Origin: Macrostomum lignano
Lineage: Eukaryota
Direction of reading: 5' to 3'
NCBI GenBank assembly: GCA_002269645.1
Contig: NIVC01001811.1
Span: 1-64,000 of the forward strand
Length of the DNA: 64,000 bases
Below, piece after piece: positions 43,267 to 55,600 of this stretch (its first letter is position 1; each line of letters begins with the position of its first letter). The notes below the pieces were generated by a model. It saw only the letters and a program-made list of their open reading frames with translations. It made no database searches and had not been told where the DNA came from. The position numbers and the translations under genes are program-made.

Positions 43267-44584
43267 GGCAATTTTCCTTTTCTGTTCGTTAAATTATTTT
43301 TTCAATGGAAACGTATTGGGAACATTGTGAAACACTCAAAAATGATGTAACTTTTCAGCCTGATCATCGTATCTTGAACAACATGGCTGGACGCCCTGCT
43401 GCACCAACGTTTATTGTGCCCCCTCATACATACGCAACCTCCAAAATTTGGTAAGCCATGCGACTTAGTTTTAACAAAATGCGATGTAGTTTTTTGCCAA
43501 AAAATTCTGACTTACATGTAAAAAACCCTAGCGTAAGTAGTGTAAAGCAAAATTAACGCTACTTTGGGTAAACGGCAGGAGTAACTATGACTGTCTTATT
43601 AAGTCAAAATGCCTCGTCAGCTACTTAGTACTACTACTTGGGTATTTTTTAGGTGGGCATTTTTGCGACTTCCTTGTTTGGCTGCCAAATCGGTCGGCCA
43701 GATCGGCCGACTCGGCCGACTGTTGCGCATGTATGTGCCCCCTGCTCAAGTGCGACCAGCAATGGGGTTGACAAAAATCAATTTTACCATGCGTAACCTA
43801 ATCTGGTAGTAGGCAACTGATGCGAAGCAAAGTGAGTGCCAACGCCAGAGCAACATTGGCCACAAGGCAATTGTCGATTGGCAGAACTTCATTCGTGATA
43901 TCTGTGCCCAATTCCTTATGGACCATCCCATTGAGCTTGGTGGCCCCGGCCGCGAAGTGGAGATAGACAAATCATACTTTTTCCACTGCAAGTTCCACCA
44001 AGGAGCTCACCATGATGGTCAGTGGGTGCTTGGCATGATAGAGCATGGGGCCAGGAAGTGTGTACTTATGCCAGTTGCACAATGCAATGCTGCCACCCTC
44101 CTGCCACTCATCCAACACCACGTCCTTCCTGGAACTTGCGTCATAACAGACGGATGGCAAGCTTATGCCCAGCTTCAGGCTGCAGGTGTGAACCACCAAG
44201 TCGTGAACCACTAGCTGGCATTTGTTAATCCTCAGGACCCAATGGTGCACACAAACCTCATTGAGGGGACGTGGGCGCACTGCAAGGCCAAATTTCGTGC
44301 CATGCATGGTACTAGTAAGGCTCTGTTTGAGTCCTACCTAGAAGAATTCATATGGCGCAAAATGTATCCCACCAACACCTTTGGCAACATGCTCTACTGG
44401 ATTGCCCACTACTACGTTGTGTAAATACCACTGCAGAGACCAGAGTGCTGAGTGCTGAGTGAACACTAATCAACATTACACTTGTTCTGTTCTGTTCTGT
44501 TACATCATTTTTGAGTGTTTCACAATGTTCCCAATACATTTCCATTGAAAAAAATAATTTAACGAACAGAAAAGGAAAATTGCC
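43267..44584 (+). mobile_element. Merlin/IS1016 (ISXO2-like DDE) DNA transposon, inactivated
   Basis: ~85-bp TIRs (43267-43351; 44499-44584) with GG...CC ends. 8-bp TSD CAATTTCT/CAATTTCC (7/8 match). Internal transposase frame. Confidence 0.9.
43653..44424 (+). pseudogene. ISXO2-like DDE transposase pseudogene
   Basis: One frame: VDWQNFIRDIC...LGGPGREVEID(K)S...GQWVLG...AATLLPLI...TDGW.AY...VNH...HTNLIEGTW...YLEEFIWR. In-frame stops at 43807-43812 and 44212-44214. Confidence 0.88.
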
Positions 44585-45853
44585 CAATTTCCCAATCAGG
44601 TTTTTGGCAAATCAACTTTTCGCAAAAAGGTAATCAGCATATCAATTTCTGGCAGAAAGGTTTTTGGCAAATCATCTAGTAGGCCTATTCACTATTCCTG
44701 GCATGAGTCTGTCTGTCTGCAGACTTTAGTGTCTCAACCTACTTGGAAAAAAATATGTCCTTACAACTAGCCAAATGCCAAAAAAGCAATTTTAAATAAG
44801 AAAAACAACTTACCGCTTTTCAATGGGCTATGACTTTGAGATTCATCAAACATTATAAATATAGAAATTTGGTAGGCTAAGCAACAGCAAGTCTGACTAC
44901 TAAGTCTAAACTATTGTCAGAATAAAATCTATAGTTAAACTTGAATAAAAAATCTGAAGAAAGTGCTTTTGTTTTAGTCTTTATTTAAAATTTTGTAAAA
45001 AAATGGACGGGAAAATCAGCTTTAAAATGATAGTTCGAAATTCGATCTTTCAAGTTTCAATGAATCTCAAAGATTGTGGTTGTGGCGTCTAAACTTCTAG
45101 TCTTGTATGTATAAATGTACTAAATAAATAATACACAAAAATATGTTTGCGTATAATCATTCATCAAGGATACTGAATTTTACTGGTCGCAGCTTGAAGT
45201 CTTCATCATGCAATGGCAATGCTATGCTATGCGTCTTGACTCATTGGGCATTAAAGGGACAGGTTTTTAACATTAACTTTCTTAGAAATAACTATGAAAA
45301 CTATTTTAATTCGAAGCTTTACTAGTGTTATGTGTTGTTTCATTTTTTACAAAAGTTTTCCTAATATATAAAAGTTTTAAAGCTTTCATTTTAGAAAGCT
45401 TTTATTTTGTGTTAGTTATAGTTATAAAAAAACTAACTGTGTTAAAGCGTTTTAAATTTTTAAATTTTAGATAAAAGTAACACATTTTTCGTAACATATC
45501 GGTTTTTATTATTATTTATATTTACAACTTTTTTCGGATATTCAACCAAATTATCGATCAAATTAACGATAGTCACTTAGTTATTGTATGAAAAAATGTC
45601 CAATCGTTGTCAAAAATAATTGCCAAGTTGTTTTAGTTGTCGAATTCTGGAGATAAAAAATGTAGGTGATGCACATAGGACCCCTTGGCTTTCTTGGATG
45701 TTTCGGCATGTGTGAGGCTTCATGGGCCCTTCTGGAGCACATAGGGTTCGTGAAAAATATCGAACACTAGCTATCAAAATAATGAATGAATTAGTAGACG
45801 TTTATCAGTATTCGACCTTAAGATAAATGCAAAAAACTAATGCAAAAAAGCTA

Positions 45854-45961
45854 TGTCAGAGGTGGGATTTGAACCCACGCATCCTTTCGGATACCAGAAC
45901 GCTCAGGCAGCTAAGGTTGCACCCTTGAGTCTGGCGCCTTAGACCACTCGGCCACCCTGAC
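45854..45961 (-). tRNA. tRNA-Leu(CAA) with 24-nt intron (45900-45923)
   Basis: GTCAGGGTGGCCGAGTGGTCTAAGGCGCCAGACTCAAG-[intron]-TTCTGGTATCCGAAAGGATGCGTGGGTTCAAATCCCACCTCTGACA. Intact A and B boxes, long variable arm, T6 terminator downstream. Confidence 0.95.
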
Positions 45962-46299
45962 TTGCTTACTATGGGCTGCCGTGCTGCAATATAAAGGCAT
46001 GTTCTAAAAATAACCTGAACAGGCAAGAGCTTGCCTTGCGCATTGCTTCTTGCTAATACGCGTTGCCTTCGAATACATTGTGTGGATGTATTTTGTTTTT
46101 AATTTTTTGAAAAAGGAACAGAACAGATCTAAACTGTGAAAATTTCATAACTGAGTCGAAAACAACAGACTTATTCATTCGAATGCATAGTATGTACATG
46201 GTCATGGATGTAAATTTTTTATAGCTGTGACAATTACTGTTATATCACTTGTACCTAACAGTCAGCAGAAATGAAGAAGACATTCGCTGCTTGTCCAGA

Positions 46300-46890
46300 A
46301 GAGAGGAAAGGAGAGGAGGAGAGAGAAAGAGAGGAGAAGAAGAGAGGAAGAGAGGAGAAGAGAGAGAGGAAGAGAGGTCGAGAGGAGAGGAGGAAAGAGG
46401 AAGAGAGGAGAGGCGAGGGGGGAGAGGAAGAGAGAAGAGGAGAGAAGAAGAGATGAGAGGGGGAGAGGAAGAGAGGAGAGGCGAGGAGGAGAGCTGAGGA
46501 AGAGAGGAGAAGAGATGAGAGGGGGAGAGGAAGAGAGGAGAGGCGAGGAGGAGAGCTGAGGAAGAGAGGAGAAGAAATGAGAGGGGGAGAGGAAGAGAGA
46601 AGAGGCGAGGAGGAGAGCTGAGGAAGAGAGGAGAAGAGATGAGAGGGGGAGAGGAAGAGAGGAGAGGCGAGGAGGAGAGCTGAGGAAGAGAGGAGAAGAG
46701 ATGAGAGGGGGAGAGGAAGAGAGAAGAGGCGAGGAGGAGAGCTGAGGAAGAGAGGAGAAGAGAGGAGACTGGAGAGAGGAAGAGAGGAGAGGAGAGGAGA
46801 GAGGAGGAGAGGAGAGGAGGAGAGACGAAGAGAGGAGGAGAGAGGAAGAGAGGAAAGAGGAGATTAGAGAGAAGAGAACTGAGAAGAGAT
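46300..46890. repeat. GA-rich ~60-bp minisatellite
   Basis: Purine-only tandem repeat. Confidence 0.9.
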
Positions 46891-47379
46891 GTAAAAATTC
46901 AGTTCAAGCGAGCTGGATTGCTAAATGTGAAGTTTCACCGAGGGCCGGATTCTGAGGCTAATTGCGGCACATGTGCTCGTGGGCCGGGAGGGAGTCCGCT
47001 GACCCCTGCCCTGCCGTAACCCAAGGTCCACACGTGAGTTTTTTCTGACATAAATTACGACACAAGGTATCATAGCTCATATCTCGTCATTCTCGTAAAA
47101 TATACATGCATTTATTTTCGTATTGGGGGCGGGTAATTGTAGTAATGTGCGGATTGCATGCCCCAGGCAAAAGTGAAAAAAATGGAGTCTGGGAGGGAAG
47201 GCAATACTTGTGAAGGGAAGGATGGAGAGCTATGGATATCATGTTTTTAGGAGCTCTCACTTATAGGGTGTGTCATAAGTAATGTCACTGGGAGGAAATT
47301 AACTGCATGACTAACTGGTAATCGCAGATAAACAAAAACTGTTATTAATCAACAGCATATTATATCTATAGTGTCCCCA

Positions 47380-47900
47380 AATATCAATCACCTCCTCTGG
47401 CAGTGCTCGTATAGCTTCTCTAATCTCAGCTTTTCCGGATTTACTAAACTTCTCTCGGTCGGCCTATAGAATCTCCAGCTCCCAGCCAGTAGCTTTCTGC
47501 TCTTGCCATCCAGGTGGAGCCAGCTGGTCTCATTCTGGCCATTTTGTAGATGGAGATCCGATCCGTCAAGATGCGATGGACTAGCTTAAAATAAATCTGA
47601 TCCAAGCAGTCCGCTAGCTCCCTGACAGACTGCCGCGGGTTGTCCTTAAGCAGGTCGCTGATGACATCAATGTTCTCTGGCATTTGTCCATGGTTGAACA
47701 TGGCCGACCAGATCTGGCGTCATCTTCCGATTCGACCCCATATATGGATCAGTATCGTGCTGGAACCACCTGTAAATTGTCCTGACAGTTGGGCAGTTGT
47801 CTGCTGCAGACTTTCCAAGCTTAAAGCGAACGAAAGCCAAGCCCCAGGATGTGCGGCTTGTCGTGAATTTCATTTTAACAAACTGCACTAAACATGATAA
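47380..47900 (-). pseudogene. Degenerate Tc1/mariner transposase N-terminal (HTH) relic
   Basis: Broken frames FKLGKSAA..PTVRTIYRWF and ENIDVISDLLKDNPRQSVRELA...VHRILT resemble the mariner paired/HTH regions. No matching TIR pair found. Confidence 0.5.
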
Positions 47901-48544
47901 GCATGAAGCAGTCGTGTCGTACACATCAATCAGTACTTTTTAGACTTTTAGACGCGTACAATCGCTTTGTAGCGATTGTAGACTCTTGCTTTTCTGAAGC
48001 TCTGCTGCAAATCCAAAGTCTGTGCACTTTTTACCTCATCACCAGGCCAGCAATTTGCATGCTTCGTAGACGCAATTAAGTCGAATGACTTAAAAACTAA
48101 TTGTGTTTAAATGTTTTCGTTATTTAAATTTCGTGCACATTTAAGACAGTATTTATACATGCTTCAAAACATATCGGATTCTGGTAATTAATATCTGTCA
48201 CTTTATTCCCACATTTACTAAATTCAACGGGCAAATTAGCCATATACTCGCCTGTTTATCGACTGAAAGTTGTCAAATAAATGGTTTGATCTTTAGTGTC
48301 TCGACAAATATGTGAATGAATTGTTGTACAGTGGATGCTTCCGCAGAGGCATCTAATTGTAGATGTTTTGGCTAAAGCCTTAGAGATTAGTGAGGCTCAT
48401 GGGGATTTCTTCTGGGGTACATGGGATTCGTTTAAAATATCTAACAATACCTAGAAACATAATGACTCGTTACTTTTAACTCGTACATATAAAAGTTGAT
48501 CCTATTTGGCGTAATTGATACAACAAACAAATACAAAAACGCTA

Positions 48545-48699
48545 GGTCAGAGGTGGGGATTGAACCCACGCATCCTTTCGGATACCAGAATGCTCAGCGA
48601 ACCTCAGCCAGCCCAGCGAATTTTTAGTAGGAAATTTTGTTGGGCCAGCCATGGTTGCACCCTTGAGTCTGGCGCCTTCGACCAGTAGGCTACCCTGAC
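48545..48699 (-). pseudogene. Duplicated tRNA-Leu(CAA), probably a pseudogene, with an expanded 71-nt intron
   Basis: Same exons as 45854-45961 but with A-box changes (GTAGCCTACTGG), a B-box change (GTTCAATCCC) and a non-A discriminator. Homologous 5' flank. Confidence 0.8.
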
Positions 48700-49696
48700 T
48701 TGCTCACTGAGAGCTGCCATGTTGCAATATAAGGGCATATTCTAAAAATAAACCCGCACAGGCGCAGATATCATGTTACATGTAGCAATTTTCACCTCTG
48801 CTCTGCCTCGATCTTGTTACTTGTCGTGAACACTCATGCCATTATTGAGTATTTACAAAGTAAAAATTACAGAACGGATAAAAAACTGTAAAATGATCAT
48901 ATTATTAAGTCGAAAATCGTTTCTATTGCATGTCTATTTTATTTTTTATTTATAGCTTTATATTATAGGTTTCAAATTACATGTAACATGTACTGTAATA
49001 CAAGGGAATCTCAACTCAATTACGAGCTCATTAGTTGCTACCTTTTGTGGATTCTATTGTGTATTGGCGACCGATTTAAAGTAGATGTACATGTAAAGAC
49101 TCAAAGAGTTTAAACAAAAATCCACAAAAAAACTTGTTATAATAAAAACAATCATTTATCTTTCAATCAATTTAAACTATTAAACTACATGCGTGAATTT
49201 TACTACTAAGTAGTATAAATGACGCTTTTTGTCTATATCTATCACAAGTATGCAAAGGCTGAGAGAAAGAGAGTTGAAAAATGCGAACGCACGTATAGAG
49301 CAAAGATGTACATTGGGTTAGAGGGAGAGTGGATATAGGAAGGCAATAAGGCGAGAGGCCAGTCTATTGGGCGCCGGTCCTTCCTGCCCCCCCCCCCAGC
49401 CCCAACCCCCAAAAACGACCCCCCAGCCAGTTCACTGCTCATTCCCGCCTGGGCTTTCTCCTTAAGCCTCCCCCACTTATTATAGAACACATGCGAGGCG
49501 CGACCTGAACTAAAAAAGTAAAGGAAACCCCAAGCATTAGTTAGACTTAAAGCGTCTTTACTACTCCTCCCTTGCGACCCTCGCCCGTGTTGGACAAGAG
49601 AACGAGACGTGTTAGCCTTACTATTAAGCTTCCAAATAGAATAATTAAACACTTATCGAATTAAAAAGCGCATGCAATCGAATCGACATAGTTATT

Positions 49697-52600
49697 ATGA
49701 CATCATCCTCGCGATTAGTTGAAACTGTCCAATTAAACTTTGAAGATTTCTCCGAATCGTTTCTTACCTGTGGCACCTGTCTAACCCTATTCGACAGTGG
49801 CGAGCATCAGCCAAAACTGCTTCCATGCTCGCATACACTTTGCCGAGCCTGCCTACAAAGGATTGTACCTAATCCAGCATCTTCCTCAGCCTCATCGTCA
49901 GCAGCAGCAGCAGCAGCAGCGGCTGCATCCACGCTCGGCACATTTCGCTGTCCGATATGTCGGGAAGGCATCGCCGTGCCTATCAGTGGTGCGGCAGCTT
50001 TTCCTCCATCGTTTGTTGTCAACCAATTATTGGATTTGATGGTGTCCCAGCGCAAAGATCTGGTGCCGAAATGTTCCATTCATACTGGCAAGCGAAACTG
50101 ATCGATGTTTTGTACTCTTTTAATGTACTTTTAAGGTTGCTAGTGTACTTGTACGACCTGAATTAGCCGCCTTTTATTGAGGAGGCTTTAAAATGCGCTT
50201 AGAATAAGCTGAAATGGCGCCTAGAATGAATGTGATTGGCGCCTAGAATGAATGTGATTGGCGCCTAAAATGAGTGTGAGAATGGCGCCTAGAATGAGTG
50301 ATATTGGCGCCTAGAATGAGTTTGAGAATGGCGCCTAGAATGAGTGATATTGGCGCCTAGAATGAGTTTGAGAATGGCGCCTAGAATGAGTGATATTGGC
50401 GCCTAGAATGAGTGATATTGGCGCCTAGAATGAATGTGAGAATGGCGCCTAGAATGAATGTGATTGGCGCCTAAAATGAGTGTGAGAATGGCACCTAGAA
50501 TGAGTGATATTGGTGCCTAGAATGAGTTTGAGAATGGCGCCTAGAATGAGTGATATTGGCGCCTAGAATGAGTGATATTGGCGCCTAGAATGAATGTGAG
50601 AATGGCGCCTAGAATGAATGTGATTGGCGCCTAGAATGAGTGTGAGAATGGCGCCTAGAATGAATGTGATTGGCGCCTAGAATGAGTGAAATTGGTGCCT
50701 AGAATGAGTGTGAGATTGGCACCTAGAATGAGTGAAATTGGTGCCTTGAATGAGTGAAATTGGTGCCTAGAATGAGTGTGAGAGTGGCGCCTAGAATGAG
50801 TGAATTTGGTGCCTAGAATGAGTGTGAGAGTGGCACCTAGAATGAGTGAATTTGGTGCCTAAAATGAGTGTCAGATTGGTGCCTAGAATGAGTGTGAGAG
50901 TGGCGCCTAGAATGAGTGTCAGAATGGCGCCTAGAATGAGTAAAATTGGTGCCTAAAATGAGTGTCAGAATGGCGCCTAGAATGAGTGAATTTGGTGCCT
51001 AAAATGAGTGTCAGAATGGCGCCTAGAATGAGTGTGAAATTGGTGCCTAGAATGAGTGTGAGAGTGGCGCCTAGAATGAGTGTGAGAATGGCGCCTAGAA
51101 TGAATGTGAGAATGGCGCCTAGAATGAGTGAATTTGGTGCCTAAAATGAGTGTCAGATTGGTGCCTAGAATGAGTGTGAGAGTGGCGCCTAGAATGAGTG
51201 TCAGAATGGCGCCTAGAATGAGTAAAATTGGTGCCTAAAATGAGTGTCAGAATGGCGCCTAGAATGAGTGAATTTGGTGCCTAAAATGAGTGTCAGAATG
51301 GCGCCTAGAATGAGTGTGAAATTGGTGCCTAGAATGAGTGTGAGAGTGGCGCCTAGAATGAGTGTGAGAATGGCGCCTAGAATGAATGTGAGAATGGCGC
51401 CTAGAATGAGTGAATTTGGTGCCTAAAATGAGTGTCAGAATGGCGCCTAGAATGAGTGAAATTGGTGCCTAGAATGAGTGTGAGAGTGGCGCCTAGAATG
51501 AGTGTGAGAATGGCGCCTAGAATGAATGTGATTGGTGCCTAGAATGAGTGTGAGAATGGCGCCTAGAATGAGTGTGAGAATGGCGCCTAGAATGAGTGTG
51601 AGATTGGCGCCTAGAATGAGTGTGAGAATGGCGCCTAGAATGAGTGAATTTGGTGCCTAAAATGAGTGTCAGAATGGCGCCTAGAATGAGTGAAATTGGT
51701 GCCTAAAATGAGTATCAGAATGGCGCCTAGAATGAGTGTGAGAATGGCGCCTAGAATGAGTGTGAGATTGGCGCCTAGAATGAGTGTGAGATTGGCGCCT
51801 AGAATGAGTGTGAGAATGGCGCCTAGAATGAGTGAATTTGGTGCCTAAAATGAGTGTCAGAATGGCGCCTAGAATGAGTGAAATTGGTGCCTAGAATGAG
51901 TGTGAGAGTGGCGCCTAGAATGAGTGATATTGGCGCCTAGAATGAGTGTCAGAATGGCACCTAGAATGAGTGATATTGGTGCCTAGAATGAGTTTGAGAA
52001 TGGCGCCTAGAATGAATGTGATTGGCGCCTAGAATGAGTGAAATTGGTGCCTAGAATGAGTGTGAGATTGGCACCTAGAATGAGTGAAATTGGTGCCTAG
52101 AATGAGTGTGAGAGTGGCGCCTAAAATGAGTGAAATTGGTGCCTAGAATGAGTGTGAGAGTGGCGCCTAGAATGAGTAAAATTGGTGCCTAGAATGAGTG
52201 TCAGAATGGCGCCTAGAATGAGTGAATTTGGTGCCTAAAATGAGTGTCAGATTGGCGCCTAGAATGAGTGAAATTGGTGCCTAGAATGAGTGTGAAATTG
52301 GTGCCTAGAATGAGTGTGAGAGTGGCCCCTAGAATGAGTGTGAGAATGGCGCCTAGAATGAATGTGATTGGCGCCTAGAATGAGTGTGAGAATGGCGCCT
52401 AGAATGAGTGTGAGAATGGCGTCTAGAATGAGTGTGAGATTGGCGCCTAGAATGAGTGTGAGATTGGCGCCTAGAATGAGTGAATTTGGTGCCTAAAATG
52501 AGTGTCAGAATGGCGCCTAGAATGAGTAAAATTGGTGCCTAAAATGAGTGTCAGAATGGCGCCTAGAATGAGTGAATTTGGTGCCTAAAATGAGTGTCAG

Positions 52601-55600
52601 AATGGCGCCTAGAATGAGTGTGAGATTGGCGCCTAGAATGAGTGTGAGATTGGCGCCTAGAATGAGTGTGAGAATGGCGCCTAGAATGAGTGAATTTGGT
52701 GCCTAAAATGAGTGTCAGAATGGCGCCTAGAATGAGTGAAATTGGTGCCTAGAATGAGTGTGAGAGTGGCGCCTAGAATGAGTGATATTGGCGCCTAGAA
52801 TGAGTGTGAGAATGGCACCTAGAATGAGTGATATTGGTGCCTAGAATGAGTTTGAGAATGGCGCCTAGAATGAATGTGATTGGCGCCTAGAATGAGTGAA
52901 ATTGGTGCCTAGAATGAGTGTGAGATTGGCACCTAGAATGAGTGAAATTGGTGCCTAGAATGAGTGTGAGAGTGGCGCCTAAAATGAGTGAAATTGGTGC
53001 CTAGAATGAGTGTGAGAGTGGCGCCTAGAATGAGTAAAATTGGTGCCTAGAATGAGTGTCAGAATGGCGCCTAGAATGAGTGAATTTGGTGCCTAAAATG
53101 AGTGTCAGATTGGCGCCTAGAATGAGTGAAATTGGTGCTTAGAATGAGTGTGAAATTGGTGCCTAGAATGAGTGTGAGAGTGGCCCTAGAATGAGTGTGA
53201 GAATGGCGCCTAGAATGAATGTGATTGGCGCCTAGAATGAGTGTGAGAATGGCGCCTAGAATGAGTGTGAGAATGGCGCCTAGAATGAGTGTGAGATTGG
53301 CGCCTAGAATGAGTGTGAGATTGGCGCCTAGAATGAGTGAATTTGGTGCCTAAAATGAGTGTCAGAATGGCGCCTAGAATGAGTAAAATTGGTGCCTAAA
53401 ATGAGTGTCAGAATGGCGCCTAGAATGAGTGAATTTGGTGCCTAAAATGAGTGTCAGAATGGCGCCTAGAATGAGTGTGAAATTGGTGCCTAGAATGAGT
53501 GTGAGAGTGGCGCCTAGAATGAGTGTGAGAATGGCGCCTAGAATGAATGTGAGAATGGCGCCTAGAATGAGTGAATTTGGTGCCTAAAATGAGTGTCAGA
53601 ATGGCGCCTAGAATGAGTGAAATTGGTGCCTAGAATGAGTGTGAGAGTGGCGCCTAGAATGAGTGATATTGGCGCCTAGAATGAGTGTGAGAATGGCACC
53701 TAGAATGAGTGATATTGGTGCCTAGAATGAGTTTGAGAATGGCGCCTAGAATGAATGTGATTGGCGCCTAGAATGAGTGAAATTGGTGCCTAGAATGAGT
53801 GTGAGATTGGCACCTAGAATGAGTGAAATTGGTGCCTAGAATGAGTGTGAGAGTGGCGCCTAAAATGAGTGAAATTGGTGCCTAGAATGAGTGTGAGAGT
53901 GGCGCCTAGAATGAGTAAAATTGGTGCCTAGAATGAGTGTCAGAATGGCGCCTAGAATGAGTGAATTTGGTGCCTAAAATGAGTGTCAGATTGGCGCCTA
54001 GAATGAGTGAAATTGGTGCCTAGAATGAGTGTGAAATTGGTGCCTAGAATGAGTGTGAGAGTGGCCCCTAGAATGAGTGTGAGAATGGCGCCTAGAATGA
54101 ATGTGATTGGCGCCTAGAATGAGTGTGAGAATGGCGCCTAGAATGAGTGTGAGAATGGCGTCTAGAATGAGTGTGAGATTGGCGCCTAGAATGAGTGTGA
54201 GATTGGCGCCTAGAATGAGTGAATTTGGTGCCTAAAATGAGTGTCAGAATGGCGCCTAGAATGAGTAAAATTGGTGCCTAAAATGAGTGTCAGAATGGCG
54301 CCTAGAATGAGTGAATTTGGTGCCTAAAATGAGTGTCAGAATGGCGCCTAGAATGAGTGTGAAATTGGTGCCTAGAATGAGTGTGAGAGTGGCGCCTAGA
54401 ATGAGTGTGAGAATGGCGCCTAGAATGAATGTGAGAATGGCGCCTAGAATGAGTGAATTTGGTGCCTAAAATGAGTGTCCGAATGGCGCCTAGAATGAGT
54501 GAAATTGGTGCCTAGAATGAGTGTGAGAGTGGCGCCTAGAATGAGTGATATTGGCGCCTAGAATGAGTGTGAGAATGGCACCTAGAATGAGTGATATTGG
54601 TGCCTAGAATGAGTTTGAGAATGGCGCCTAGAATGAATGTGATTGGCGCCTAGAATGAGTGAAATTGGTGCCTAGAATGAGTGTGAGATTGGCACCTAGA
54701 ATGAGTGAAATTGGTGCCTAGAATGAGTGTGAGAGTGGCGCCTAAAATGAGTGAAATTGGTGCCTAGAATGAGTGTGAGAGTGGCGCCTAGAATGAGTAA
54801 AATTGGTGCCTAGAATGAGTGTCAGAATGGCGCCTAGAATGAGTGAATTTGGTGCCTAAAATGAGTGTCAGATTGGCGCCTAGAATGAGTGAAATTGGTG
54901 CCTAGAATGAGTGTGAAATTGGTGCCTAGAATGAGTGTGAGAGTGGCCCTAGAATGAGTGTGAGAATGGCGCCTAGAATGAATGTGATTGGCGCCTAGAA
55001 TGAGTGTGAGAATGGCGCCTAGAATGAGTGTGAGAATGGCGCCTAGAATGAGTGTGAGATTGGCGCCTAGAATGAGTGTGAGATTGGCGCCTAGAATGAG
55101 TGAATTTGGTGCCTAAAATGAGTGTCAGAATGGCGCCTAGAATGAGTAAAATTGGTGCCTAAAATGAGTGTCAGAATGGCGCCTAGAATGAGTGAATTTG
55201 GTGCCTAAAATGAGTGTCAGAATGGCGCCTAGAATGAGTGTGAAATTGGTGCCTAGAATGAGTGTGAGAGTGGCCCCTAGAATGAGTGTGAGAATGGCGC
55301 CTAGAATGAATGTGAGAATGGCGCCTAGAATGAGTGAATTTGGTGCCTAAAATGAGTGTCAGAATGGCGCCTAGAATGAGTGAAATTGGTGCCTAGAATG
55401 AGTGTGAGTGTGGCGCCTAGAATGAGTGTGAGAATGGCGCCTAGAATGAGTGTGAGAATGGCGCCTAGAATGAGTGTGAGAATGGCGCCTAGAATGAGTG
55501 TGAGATTGGCGCCTAGAATGAGTGTGAGATTGGCGCCTAGAATGAGTGTGAGAATGGCGCCTAGAATGAGTGTGAGATTGGCGCCTAGAATGAGTGTGAG

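Noticed and set aside
49242-49652. 136-aa minus-strand ORF upstream of the TRIM gene
   Set aside because: No domain similarity and low-complexity GC runs. More likely promoter or repeat sequence.
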